A stretch of DNA of 61,816 bases, filler included, from Pirum gemmata (Eukaryota): the NCBI GenBank assembly GCA_002812295.1. It is 12 parts of 12 records of this genome, joined end to end, with 100 filler letters (N's around TTAATTAATTAA, not from the genome) between each part and the next. Parts side by side here need not be neighbours in the genome. Positions count along the whole stretch, not along the records: positions 21,354 to 26,336 come from PDIN01000766.1; positions 26,437 to 31,379 come from PDIN01000767.1; positions 31,480 to 36,448 come from PDIN01000768.1; positions 36,549 to 41,585 come from PDIN01000769.1; 8 more parts are not named here. One strand, 5' to 3'. A program made the translations under genes and the position numbers. Each line of letters starts with the position of its first letter. The stretch's first letter is position 1. The notes under the pieces are model-generated. The model was not told the origin of the DNA. It ran no database searches and worked only from the letters and a program-made list of their open reading frames with translations. Below, in pieces: positions 25,426 through 37,959 of this stretch.

Positions 25426-26304
25426 ATGGAACGCAACTCGAAAGGATTACTACAACATTTAAATCATGTAATTGATCAAACCGTGTTCATGGAGTCAGTT
25501 CCTAGGAAAGACGCTGTAAAAATTCTCGCTAGGATGACTTTCGAGCAGTTTAAAGAGCACTTTTTTGATGATCAAAATGATGATGGCTTAGAAAAAAATT
25601 TTGATATGCCTCCTGGCTACTGGAATTCCTATACCTACTGGCGTGAAATCAATAACTACCTGTATGGATTTGTGGAACATAATTGCGAACAAATGACTGT
25701 GAAATACGCTTATTCAAAAACGTGTTCTAAGGCTAAGGTTAAGGTTGGTAGGCTCTATTCTAAAAATTTCTCTGTGCAAAGACTAGGGGTTAAAATTCGA
25801 AATTACTTGTACCAAGGCTCAGAATATTCGGACATTGATATTGCTAATTGTCATCCTAGTATTATGTTATTCTTATTTAAGCATTATCACATTCATAGCC
25901 CTATGTTAGAGGAGTATGTAGCAGACAGACCTGCTTTTTTGGAGAAATATAAAATAACCAAAAAGCAATTTTTAGTCTTAATGAACAAAGACCGCATTAA
26001 AGCTGTTGAAGTAGGTAATAACGCAGAGCTTCTCAATTTTTTTAAAGGTTTGGTAACCTGCAAGAAAAATTTGTTAATGTTGTGTGATTGGGAAGATTGG
26101 GATGGGTTATATAAAAAGAAGCCTGTTAACAAAAGATCTAAACACCCAGTAAGCGCTCAAATTGACCTGTTACTTAACCTTGTTGAAAACAAATTATTAC
26201 AACTAATGAATAGTCGAGAAAAGAGTACGAGATCTAGTTATATATTTTCGAGCTGCTCCTGCTTCTTTTCCAAACCTCAAAGTGCAGATTTAGTAAAGAA
26301 ATAA
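25426..26304 (+). CDS. TVpol-like (family-A-related transposon-viral polymerase/primase), apparently C-terminally truncated
   Basis: GRLYS...SVQRL...IRNYL...YSDIDIANCHPSIM matches the TVpol GR.Y/Q...R..L/D.D..N.HP signature. No downstream DG motif or helicase before the stop. Confidence 0.75.
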   Translation: MERNSKGLLQHLNHVIDQTVFMESVPRKDAVKILARMTFEQFKEHFFDDQNDDGLEKNFDMPPGYWNSYTYWREINNYLYGFVEHNCEQMTVKYAYSKTCSKAKVKVGRLYSKNFSVQRLGVKIRNYLYQGSEYSDIDIANCHPSIMLFLFKHYHIHSPMLEEYVADRPAFLEKYKITKKQFLVLMNKDRIKAVEVGNNAELLNFFKGLVTCKKNLLMLCDWEDWDGLYKKKPVNKRSKHPVSAQIDLLLNLVENKLLQLMNSREKSTRSSYIFSSCSCFFSKPQSADLVKK

Positions 26305-26661
26305 AATAATCTCAACTGTGATTCATGTTATTTGTTNNNNNNNNNNNNNNNNNNNNNNNNNNNNNNNNNNNNNNNNNNNNTTAATTAATTAANNNNNNNN
26401 NNNNNNNNNNNNNNNNNNNNNNNNNNNNNNNNNNNNAATAATAATAATAATACTTATATTGATAATGATACTGTGCGACGGCGATAATAACAATTAATAA
26501 TGATGATAATGATAATTACATTCATTTTAATAATGAAAGTAAGAAAGACGGTGACATTGGAATTTAACTTTCGATGGCAATGATTAGTGGGAAGATAATT
26601 TTACATTATTATGATGACTTAGTCCACTAAAAAAGTAGTTCTAATACAAATCTTAATCTAG

Positions 26662-27316
26662 GGCATCACTGGAGAAAAGTTGACTAACAAACATGCTATA
26701 GCACGACTTGACGAATATTTCAATGATACTCGTAATACTAAAAAAGAAATGATTGTTTTATTAATTGATGAACTTGATCAACTTGTAACAGGCAGGCAAT
26801 CTCTAATGTATCAATTTTTGAACTGGTAATTTGATTTTTATTGATTTTTATGAACCCACATGAATATAGAAAATCATAATAAAATTAAGAATAAAAATTA
26901 AGTATCTACTATTCACTACCAACAATAATCGATAATCAGTAATGACAGCAAAAATTTAGCATAATACCACAGCCCCAACAGAATTTTCTTTATCTTCTTA
27001 CGTAATTATTTGCTATGAAAATGAATGTTAATATATAGGCCGACTTTGAGTAATTCAAAACTAGTGGTTTTAACTATTGCAAACACAATGGACCTTCCAG
27101 AAAGAATGCTAACTCACAAAAATAGCAGGTACCTCTAGTTTGTTTCATTTATTTCGCTGTGTGTTAAAATTTAAATCAATTTAAGCTAATTTTACTACCA
27201 TGCTCGTGACTTGTTTTGCTCTTATGTCTTCTGTTATTTGTATTTATGTTTGTGTACTTCTTTTCCGTCGATTATTTCATGCTTAACAGCCGTTCTTATC
27301 ATTTTTGCTTTTTTTA

Positions 27317-27360
<44 letters not shown>

Positions 27361-28234
27361 ATGGAAGCGGCAGCGGCAGCGTTTTCAAACCAATGGAAAT
27401 TAGCATATTTGTCAGCTGAAAAAAAATTTTTGATCACGAGATCAGAAATACCACGGCCTGATTTTGCACTGAAAAGTCTTGTTTTGGTAGTGCCCCTCTG
27501 GTGACGTTCAAAACCTTCCAGCTATTAAAAGAAATTATATTTTGGACAATGCCCGAATTGGCTACATTGAAAACACCATGAAGGAATGTCTGAATGCTAA
27601 AGCATTTTTGTTCGAAATTCATAAAAACTTCCATCTCGAAAATTTTCGAGAAAACGCTGCTGCTGCCAAAGTTTTTTTCTTCAGAAAAAACCAAAAAAAA
27701 AAAACCAAAAATGATAAGAACGGCTGTAATATATTGCCATTGTCATTGCAGTTGGGGCTTACCATTACGATCTTGTTATAAAGGAATAATTAAGATTTGT
27801 ACATTTCATTAAAATTATTGTGTTCTTTACCATTTTAATTTAATTACTTTTCACACTTACTATTTAATTAGTCGGTTAGGTTTGACTAGACTATCATTTC
27901 TTCCGTACACGAATTCACAACTTCAGGCAATTATATCTTCCCGACTTGAAGGGTTGAATGTATTTAAGGTACGTATTCATTTCTTTTTTTCATTATATTA
28001 TTTTTATTATCATTACTATAATTATACTACCATCACCACTTCCCCTGTTGTATCCTCCTCTGCTGATACTAATATCTTAAAAACGCAGGGTAGAAATAGT
28101 ACATTCCCTATTTTCGCATTTTTCCACCTCAAGTTTGCAATTGTTTATGTTTTGCCACTAGAGTTAAATTAATTGATTTTCGGTGGGCTTTATTTCTAAA
28201 GATTTTTTTAGTGAAAATTTTGTAAGGAAGGGAT

Positions 28235-28301
<67 letters not shown>

Positions 28302-29538
28302 TCCCAATACTATTAATAAGCAATAAACAAACTAATCTTTATTCAACGTGTACAGTCTGAAGCAATAAAACTCTGTTCTTATATGATTGGATCATCCACT
28401 GGGGATGCACGGACTGCATTGGATGTATGCCGTGCAGCAGCGGAATTAGCAGAAAGCAGATCCAAAGAGGGGGGTAAGTGCAATTTGTTTTTAAATTTTA
28501 GCCCGGTATAAATTATGAGGATCTATTATAGCAATTTTTTAATTTAGAAAACACTTTCCTTAAAATATACCCAGAATTGTTAAATGTTTAATGTACTTGC
28601 TTTTTATACTTTCTTTTCGTTTTGACTACTACTTACTTTACTCCTCAAACGTTCACATGGTGCAAAATTTATCACTTCCTACACGTGCGTGCAAACGTTT
28701 ATTGTATACATTATGTAACGTACAATTTTCAATGCCACACATCTTGCAATTTTCAATGCCTCCAAATAAATAATATTCATTCGTAATTTATACTCACCTC
28801 TATTATTATTTTTTCTTAGATTTAAAACTTGTGGGTATTGACGAAATTCAAGAAATTATCACTTCTACTTTTCGTACTCCAGTTATTCAAAGTATTCATG
28901 GAAGCAGTTTTCACGAAAGAATGTTTCTATACGCTGTATATTACGAATGTAGGATGTCTGGTATAGAGATCAGCCGCTTTGGAAATGTAAGTTCTGTTTT
29001 TTATTGTCGACCCATTTTACCTGGTATTTGTTGGCTTTGAATTTTTGTTTGGATTAAACCTACAATGATGTTGACTAAGGTAGAATTGAGGGTGTGTAAA
29101 TAACTTTTGATTGAGAGAGAGAAAAGTTGGGGTTAACATCATGAAAGAATTTTGACGTTTAGTGATAGGACTCTATCGTTGCTATCTTCATAAGATGTTT
29201 CACTATATCCCAGTCTTCGTATGTTAACCCTTTTTCTTATCATTTATATAAACGTTATCATAAATCATAACTTATTAATATATTTTCTTTTTTACACTTC
29301 TTTCATTGCCCCTTCCATAAAGGTTAAACGAAGACACAAAAACAATTGTCGAATGCAACAAAGTCACCCTCCTACAGGTTCGATATTGTCGATGGTGTGT
29401 GCTAGGCTTTCTGCAGCACGCCTTATTATCACTGAAGGGTTTAAGGAAGGAGATTTAATGAAAATTAGTTTGAATATAGATAGTTCAGATGTAGAGAAAG
29501 CCATTAAATCAGATAAAGCTATAAAATTGGCAGTTTAA
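26662..29538 (+). CDS. ORC1: Origin recognition complex subunit 1, 3' exons: 26662-26825, 27039-27128, 27872-27968, 28356-28473, 28820-28986, 29323-29538
   Basis: Spliced protein has Walker B VLLIDELDQL, WPT..SKLVVLTIANTMDLPERML, SRLGLTRLSFLPYT..QL..II.SRL, GDARTALDVCR and a winged-helix C-terminus; all introns GT-AG with consistent phases. Confidence 0.93.
27287..27726. mobile_element. 440-bp TIR element in an ORC1 intron, TAA on both sides
   Basis: TAA|CAGCCGTTCTTATCATTTTTG...CAAAAATGATAAGAACGGCTG|TAA; inner inverted GCAGCGTTTTC/GAAAACGCTGC. Confidence 0.85.
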
Positions 29539-30353
29539 ATGTAATTGTATTACCCTTGATTTAACTTACTAACAAAAGAAAAGACCTGAAGTAAACAAAA
29601 ATATAAATCTGTGTTAAGTAAAACAACTCTTGAATTTGCTGAACGGGTAATCATTTTATATATATAATTATATAAAAAAAATACTGTGTATGTGGTCATA
29701 TGCATATTTCTTTATTTTTTTAATTTTTATATCATAAAAAATATTAAAAATATGAAAATAAAAGAATAATAATGCCACACCAAGACAAAATGATACAGGG
29801 TATTTCTAAAGAAAACTTAAAAGAAGATTTTCAACTCGGCTAAAAGATATAATACTACTTATTGGTAAAATTGATCTTGAGAAAATCTTGGTCAAATAGA
29901 ATGACATCCCCAATTAAATATAGTATAACTGTTTCATTATTTGAAATGGAAAATGTATAATTAAAAACATAAAAATAAAAGTATTAAACAAAATAACAAA
30001 CAAATGAAAAAAATTTAATCTACCCAGAAATAAAACATGTAATATATGAATGCAAATATTAAGTAAAACAAAAATACTGAAAATTAATATTGTATAATAT
30101 ACATCTGTAATATTAATATTGTATATTATACATCTGTAATATTAATATTGCACAAAAATGATTTCTGTTGTTTTATGCGGCAGTGGTGTTAAAAAAAAAG
30201 GTGTTTAGAAAGCCACCCATCGGGGTGCTAGCTAGTCTACTGGATTTTAAATTTTTAAAAGCTTGACGTCTATGGGTCATGTGACTTTGCGCTCATTGAG
30301 AAAAATGATTTTTTTTTTTTTTATCGAGAAAGAGCATTGTTAAAAAATTAACC

Positions 30354-31084
30354 AGTAGCTCGATGTTTATGCATCATGTGACCTTGCTGATTTAAAAAAA
30401 TTAAACCAATTAAATTAAAAAGCTAATCTAGAGCTTAAAACAGGCAAACTTTGTTATTGAATTTTCTTCATAGCATCATTATTACCCATTCTATAAACAC
30501 TTATGTTTTGTTGCCAGACTATAATTTTAAGCTCACAAAAGCCAAACTAAAGCAAAAAAAAAACAAAACAAAATTTGAAAGTTTCAAATTTTGGATGAAA
30601 TTAGGCGTCCCTGTCAGCAAAAATTGATGTTTAAATTATTAATTTTCATTGGTCAAATCCCAATTTTTTGTGTTAGACTATGAAAGACGGGTGCTTTTTT
30701 TTATGATGACGTACAACTTACGCTGATTTGTGGTTAAAAAAAATTTAATGAAAAAAACTACATCGAGCCAAAAACAAATCCTAATTTGAAACTTTTTTTG
30801 CCATAATTAGAAAGCAAATATCTTTTTTGTTTTCAGGGGAAATAATTAGCAAAAAAATCTTGTCTAGATTTACTTTTTTCGCTTTAGTTTGGCTTTTGTG
30901 AGTGACATCCTGGCAACAAAATATAAATGTTTATAGAATGGGTAATAATACTGTAATAATGATGTTATGAAGAAAATTCGATAACAGTTTGCTTGTTTTA
31001 AGCTCTAGATTAGCTTTTTAATTCAATTGGTTTAATTTTTTTTAAATCCAGAGAGTCACATGATGCATAAACATCAAGTTACTA
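30354..31084. mobile_element. Non-coding element with ~200-bp terminal inverted repeats
   Basis: 30354-30553 is the imperfect reverse complement of 30881-31084. Confidence 0.85.
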
Positions 31085-31510
31085 TCGATATCATAGTCAA
31101 TTTTAATTAATTAATCAATGCCTCTTTGCTAACACATATATCATCTAGCTCGCTACTTCTAGGTCGCTACAGTGTCGCTACTTAGAAATGGAGTTTTTTA
31201 GGCCAATTATAAAGGTTTTCTGTTTTTGTCCAATATAATAATATTATGATAGTGTTCGTAATATCTATAGAAACTTTATTAGAAAGGTCTTGCTAAAGGC
31301 CTTGTTGAGCTAATTAAATACATCCAATAAAATTATTTAAATATTTAATAATGACTTTTTTTTTTTTTTTTTTTTTTTTNNNNNNNNNNNNNNNNNNNNN
31401 NNNNNNNNNNNNNNNNNNNNNNNTTAATTAATTAANNNNNNNNNNNNNNNNNNNNNNNNNNNNNNNNNNNNNNNNNNNNTTATTATTATTATTGTCAAAT
31501 TATTAATTAC

Positions 31511-31541
<31 letters not shown>

Positions 31542-32317
31542 GTTGATATAATTTAGTTTTAAATAATTTAATATTTTAAGTTTTATAAATCTTTATTTAT
31601 TAATACAATAAATCCTTATTTATTGTGTTCCTATTTTGAATTGCAATTAATTTTTTCATTATTATAAAAATTAAATTTATATGTTTTAATTTTAAAACAC
31701 TACACAACAAAACAAATTAATTATATTTTAATAAATTATAAAATCAACATCATTAATTCCCAAACAGTTAACAACAGATATTCAAAAAATTACAATCAAC
31801 AAATACCCTAAGTAAAGTTAACTTGCATGACAGGAAACATCATCATTAATTTTCTAAAAAACAAATAATCTGAAAAGTTCCAAATTAGTTTTTACCCAAC
31901 GCCTCGTCAAAACTAATACGATATCATAGCTAATCATAAACAAATAACTGAAAAATCCAAATTAGTTTTTTTTATCCTATGCCTCGTCAAAAGTATCGAA
32001 GACCCAAAAATTAATCATAATAATCGTAATCTCCTTTACAAATATTTCATCGCCATTTAATATTATTATTATTATTATTATTATAAAATAAAAACAAAAT
32101 AATAATAAAATAAAAAATAAAAAACAACAATAAACGTATAAGTTATTTCGGTGTTAATAGTAGTTGAATTTGGTTTTATTATGATGGTTTGGTATAAGAA
32201 CGGACGTCCTGGTACTGGATTTCCTTGTTACAATTAATTTATAATTTAAAGTAATAATAATAATAACCATGCATTCTTTTATTTATTTTTTAAAAAATTA
32301 TCGATGCATATTTTTTT

Positions 32318-33188
32318 TTAATATTCAAGTTCGTATTCATTAGAAAAATTGTATTCATCATCATCATCATCATCATATTCAGGCACGTAAGTGTCAGGTT
32401 TAGGCTTAGGTTTGTGTTTGTAAGTTTTAGGTTCATGTTTGTAAGTCTTAGGTTTATGTTTGTAAGTCTTAGGTGGTTCAGGTTCTTCGTACTCAGGTTC
32501 AGGTTCCTCATACTCAGGTTCCTCGTACTCAGGTTCAGGTTCCTTGTACTCAGGTTCAGGTTCCTTGTACTCAGGTTCAGGTTCCTTGTACTCAGGTTCA
32601 TCGACATCGTACCCATCTTCTTTATAACATAGACACTGTTTTAAGTGTTTCTTGTGTTTGGTGATACCTTTGTACCAACAACCTGGTGCTCCGTTCTTGG
32701 CAGGATCAAACCCATCTCCGTTTAAGCAATAAGAGTTGGTGCAAAAGTTATCATCATAACCCATGGTAGAATGGCTACCGCGATAATCGTCGTTGGAGTA
32801 ACATTTCCATTCATAGTCATCACCTTTAGGCTCGGGTTTGTGTGGTTTGTAGTCAACAGAGTTTTGATATGTTCTGTACTTTTTATGCGATTTGTATTTT
32901 CTTTCCTTTGGTTTGATAACATGGTGTTTCTTTCCTACTTCCCAACATTCACATTGTTTGTAGTTCTTTTTACCATAATCAGTTAAACCAGCGTAAAAAC
33001 AACCTTGGGCAGGGTAATTCTTAGGGTCTTTATTCAGACAGTATTGTTTAGAGCAAAACTTATCAGTGTAACCGTTACTGGAATGAGAACCTTTGTAANG
33101 CCCATTTCTTTTCATAATGAGTATTGATATTATAACCAGAAGCTACAGAAGCTAAAACAAGAACGCTGGTGGCGACGGAGAACATCAT
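32318..33188 (-). CDS. Secreted Cys/Tyr/Lys-rich protein: two Cys-rich repeats plus EPEY(K/E) and PKTYKH repeats
   Basis: Start at 33188 gives the signal peptide MMFSVATSVLVLASVASG; the frame break coincides with the single N at 33099. Duplicated Y.GSHS..GY.D.FC...YCLN...GC.Y.G.T...QC.C domain. Confidence 0.85.
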
Positions 33189-33464
33189 GATTATTGTTGT
33201 GAACTGAATTTACTGAACTCTTTTTTTATTTTTATTATTATTCAAATAGTTTTTTTGTTTTTTATTTTTTAAAATAGTTGTTGAATTTTTTTGTATTTAT
33301 AGTCTTTTTTAATTTTGCTCTTTTGAGTGTTTGAGAAGTGTTCTGGGACCCGGACTGTTCTGGGTTCCCTGGAACTAAGCTTAGATTTTTGTCTATGATA
33401 TTATCATATAGTCTACTACCGATATGATAAAGAGACTCAAGACTTTAGTCGACTATTTTTTTTT

Positions 33465-33521
<57 letters not shown>

Positions 33522-33756
33522 TTTATTTTATTTATTTTTTTTTTCAGATGTTTTTCCTATGATTGTAATATTTTATCCTGAGCTATCAAGTACTAAGCTA
33601 TCGATCAGCTATCGATACATTCGATAGTCAGTAGCTAGCTAGCTAGCGCTAGGCTTTAGTAGTATCCCTAGACTAGCTAGCTAGTAGCGAGTAGAGCGGC
33701 TAGAGCCTGCTACCTAGAGTCTAGAGAGTTTTTATTGATCTCTATGTACAATATTA

Positions 33757-33800
<44 letters not shown>

Positions 33801-33965
33801 TCACACGAATCTACAGATTCGTACACTAATAATTTGTAAATTGTAACACTAATACTTTAGTAAAGCTAACAAATATCAATACTATTAAAGCTACTCGGTA
33901 ATCGGTATACCGGTAGTCTACTATTAAAGATAGCGCTATTAAAATATATAGAAAATTTCTCTTTG

Positions 33966-34140
33966 TCGTGCTTTTCATTTATTTTGTTAATTTGAATATT
34001 TATTTGGGAGGGTTATAATATTTAAATTGACATTTTTAAATCAATATAAAGATAATAAGATATACCAAATTAAATTAAATGGATTTATATCATATTAATT
34101 TGGTACTATCTATTGTATATTTTATGATGACAAAACAACT
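33966..34140. mobile_element. MITE family A, near-full copy
   Basis: TCGTGCTTTTCATTTATTTTG...ATGACAAAACAACT. Confidence 0.85.
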
Positions 34141-34276
34141 ACGATACACTATAGTCTACGATATGAGTGTTTAATTAAAAAATGATAGCTAGAAAAAGCT
34201 ATCATAGAGAAAAAAATGATAGTCTACCAGCGGTATACAGCCATAATACAGGCGGTATACATATGTATACCTTGTC

Positions 34277-34371
34277 TATATATATATAGCAAAAATCCGG
34301 TTATATTCGACATTCTAATAAATAATTTCGAACAAATCGAATATAACCGGATTTTTGCTATATATATATAT
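34277..34371. repeat. Small hairpin/MITE (family C) in a (TA)n tract; single arms at ~39067 and ~58473
   Basis: TATAGCAAAAATCCGGTTATATTCGA...TCGAATATAACCGGATTTTTGCTATA. Confidence 0.8.
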
Positions 34372-36415
34372 GATATAATCTACCGGTTTATATAGTTCAA
34401 AAACTGAAATAATCGTACCAAATCATTATTATGGTTAAACTTTCAGGCATGTTTTAATTAACTTGGTATTTTATTTATACTTAATGCTGTATTTTATAGA
34501 CAAGTTCTTTTAAAAAAGAGAAAGATTGAGACACGACTTATACCATTATACGGTTTAATATACCGGAAGATACGGGTAGTAAGTAACTACTATTAAACTA
34601 GCTAGTAAGTAGACTACAGTAGTAGACTATATATGGCATAATATTATATCTCATATTCATATTCATATATGGATATATTAGTCGTATGCTACCGGGTAGC
34701 TAACTGCTCTAACTGCTATCATTAATAAATGATATGATATCGATAGACTATCTGATATAATAATATCATAGTATATAATCGATAATGTAATATCCTGGTA
34801 ATTATGGTAATATCTGATCATAACTATCGATATTATTTAGGAAGAGTCACTTTTTAGAGACTAAACTTATTTTTAAAAATAGTATCAGATAAGTAGAAAT
34901 ATGGTCTGCTGTAGTTCTGCTGTCTACTAACTACTATTTGCTATGCTGATTTGCTATGATTACTATCTAGGTTCTATTATCTAGGTTCACTTCTGTCTTT
35001 CTTTTTTTTTTTCTTTTTTCATGAACTGGAAGTTTGGAACTGATGAGTCTTATTTTTACTATGATTTTTTTTACGCTTATTTACGACAGTATTAAATTTT
35101 CTAAAGACCTAGTTCTAAAGACTAACTATTATTTATTTTTATTTATTATGATGATAAAATTTAGTATATTTAATATGATATTATGAATTTATGATTATTA
35201 CAGTATTATTACATAGATAAATAATGTTTTATAGTTGTGTCTTTCTATCTCACGTAGTCTGCAAGCTGTATTTTAAACTGGTCATAGTCTAACTAGTGTT
35301 ATTATTAATCCGTATATAAATCATACCCCCCCTTGATGCGATACAATAATTTTAACTGACAAGTTTAATAGTCTATATGATATTATCGATGTTATTATTT
35401 TTTTTCAATAGACGAGTCTCTATTCTACTAGCTATGATAGGGGGTCTAGCTTTAATAGCTAAAGTGTTGTCCAGTTCAGAAACTGAAATAATAATAAAAG
35501 GTATACGTGCGATGCCAAGAAGTAAAAAAGAGAACTCGTGTCTTATTAAATGGTGTCTAAACTAGTAGAGCTAGAAAGAACTCTGAAAGGACTATATAGC
35601 TTAGTGCTACTAGTGCTAGCTAGCTAGTAGTATTACAAGACCTTAATTAAAAACCGGTAGAGAAAAAGTGAGAGGACTGAAAAAACAAAAAAAACAAAAA
35701 CTGAGATTTTCACAGCCTTCGTTTTAATTAATATACGTACCGTATTAAACGTACGTATGATATTATAATAAATATCTGGCCGTGGGAGCACCGTAGTACT
35801 ACCTTAGTATATTACAACCCTAACCCAACCCATATATATATAATATATGCCATATAATTATACAGTATAATTATTGTACTATTTTTCACCCTTGTGTTGA
35901 TGTACTGACAATCGATTGATCACCTGATACTGTATTGTAAGTGTATTAAAAATTAAATGGTGTATCAATATTTACTCTGTTTCCAACTAGCTATCATATT
36001 ATTATAGTTAATAATAATATCACCCGTCTAGAATAAGTAGTAGCTAGATTATTTTATTTTTATAAATAAGCACTTTATATTCAGAGTATTATAAGTGTAT
36101 TATAGTCTATAGAAGTATTTCAGAGCACTTTATTATCACTGATAATATTTTTTTTATGATAATTATTATTATGATAATAATTTATATAAAAAAAAAATTA
36201 TTGTAATCTACGATAGCAGTGATGCTCAGAGGGCCAGAGCAGTGATGTTTGATACATCATACTGTGATTCATAATCATACACTATGATACATACATAATA
36301 CATCCATCCAGCTAGCGGTATATTTCAGATAGTTTATATTTCGTAGTAATCAGATATCATATCATAGTATTATAATGATATAGTAAGTATCATAGCCTAT
36401 ATATATCGCAGCTAC

Positions 36416-36448
<33 letters not shown>

Positions 36449-37160
36449 NNNNNNNNNNNNNNNNNNNNNNNNNNNNNNNNNNNNNNNNNNNNTTAATTAA
36501 TTAANNNNNNNNNNNNNNNNNNNNNNNNNNNNNNNNNNNNNNNNNNNNTTTTAATTAATTATCTTTGATTTATTATATAAATATTATTTTTGTTATCTTC
36601 TTTTATTATAATATTATAAACACTATTATTTATGCGTTATTGCTCATAATATTGAACATAATGATCCTTTTAAATCTACTGCTATTATTAACAAAAGCCT
36701 TTATTATTGTTAATTAAAATACGGTAACAAAGTCAAAATAGAACAATATTCAGAATAAAACAATTAAACAATTTATTAAAGCTATTAAACCTTATAACAT
36801 TAATCTGCTTGAAAACTGTTAAAAAAAATATCAATAACAATAATACTTTTTTTTTTTTTTTTTTTTTTTTTGTAAAAAAATATATAAATTATTCCAATTG
36901 TATAGTAAACAGATGGTAACGTAGATAGTTGTATCGATGATCATAATTAAAAGTTGGCTCCACTCTCCAGTATTAAAAAATCCAAAGTCATTTTTGATTG
37001 GTTTCTATACCCACATAAAATGGGGCTCATTATTAGCCGCCCTTTATCTATTTATAAAAAGTTTTTTTTTTTTTTTAGTATGATAATAGTCTAGAACTGT
37101 AATAATAATAAAAAAAAGTAAATAATTATATGTTCTATAATATTATTATATAACAATATT

Positions 37161-37575
37161 GCTTCTCCCAATTCTGCTTTGTTTAAATAATCGAGCTTTC
37201 GAGCCTATGCATTAATTAAATAAGTTCGAAAAATTTAAAAGCTAACAGTTAAGTATTCAAGTATATTTATTTACTTATAAACCCGAAAAAATGGAAAAAT
37301 AATTTTCGAACAGGGCTGGATTTGGCTTTTGTTTCGACAGCCGAAATTCGAGTTTTCGGGTTCGAGCAGAATTGGGGGAGGCTTATTATGCTCTGTTTAA
37401 AAATCGAGATTTCGAGTCTATATATTAATTAATAAGTTCGAAATGCTCAAGCTTACAATTAAGTATTCAAATATATTTATTTATTAATAAACCCGAAAAA
37501 TACGAAAAAAAAAAATTTCGAACGGAGCTGAATTTTGGCTTTTTTCGACAGCAGAAATTCGAGTTTTCGGGTTTA
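37161..37575. mobile_element. ~220-bp TCGA-rich TIR element followed by a tandem copy lacking its ends
   Basis: CTCCCAATTCTGCT...AGCAGAATTGGGGGAG; interior repeated at ~37389-37575. Confidence 0.75.
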
Positions 37576-37959
37576 TTTAACCGTCTCTTTATTAGTATAT
37601 ATGCATATGCCATATATAAAATATAAAAAACCCATTGGAGGACACGGATCCAAAATAAATATAAATATAGATCTATGGGGCTCTATGGGACTTTTTTGAA
37701 AACTATGTATGCTACTATAAACGTTCAACTTTCGGGTTTCAAAGAATTTTTCAGGGGACGAGCGAAGGCCTTCCGAAAAAATATTCTAGCTGGTAGACTA
37801 AAGTGAACAGTGGACTACTCTGATAGTAAAGCACTATTTTATCTGGTAGTTACTAGAGTAGTTAGACTTCCTAGGGTTGATTAGTGTTGATACTCTGTTG
37901 GCTTGTTTGGAATCTGATCGCGCCGTGATCGGCGAGTGTAATCAACCCTATTCCAACAT

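Larger units (their letters stand above)
21354..26336 (+). mobile_element. Fragment of a Polinton-like virus/virophage-type DNA element
   Basis: Four compact, intronless, co-oriented ORFs including YR-like, Bro-N and TVpol-like genes; no termini or capsid genes on this piece. Confidence 0.7.

Noticed and set aside
25426..29538. TVpol next to ORC1 as a replication module
   Set aside because: An artificial linker at 26381-26392 separates them; ORC1 is an ordinary intron-containing host gene.
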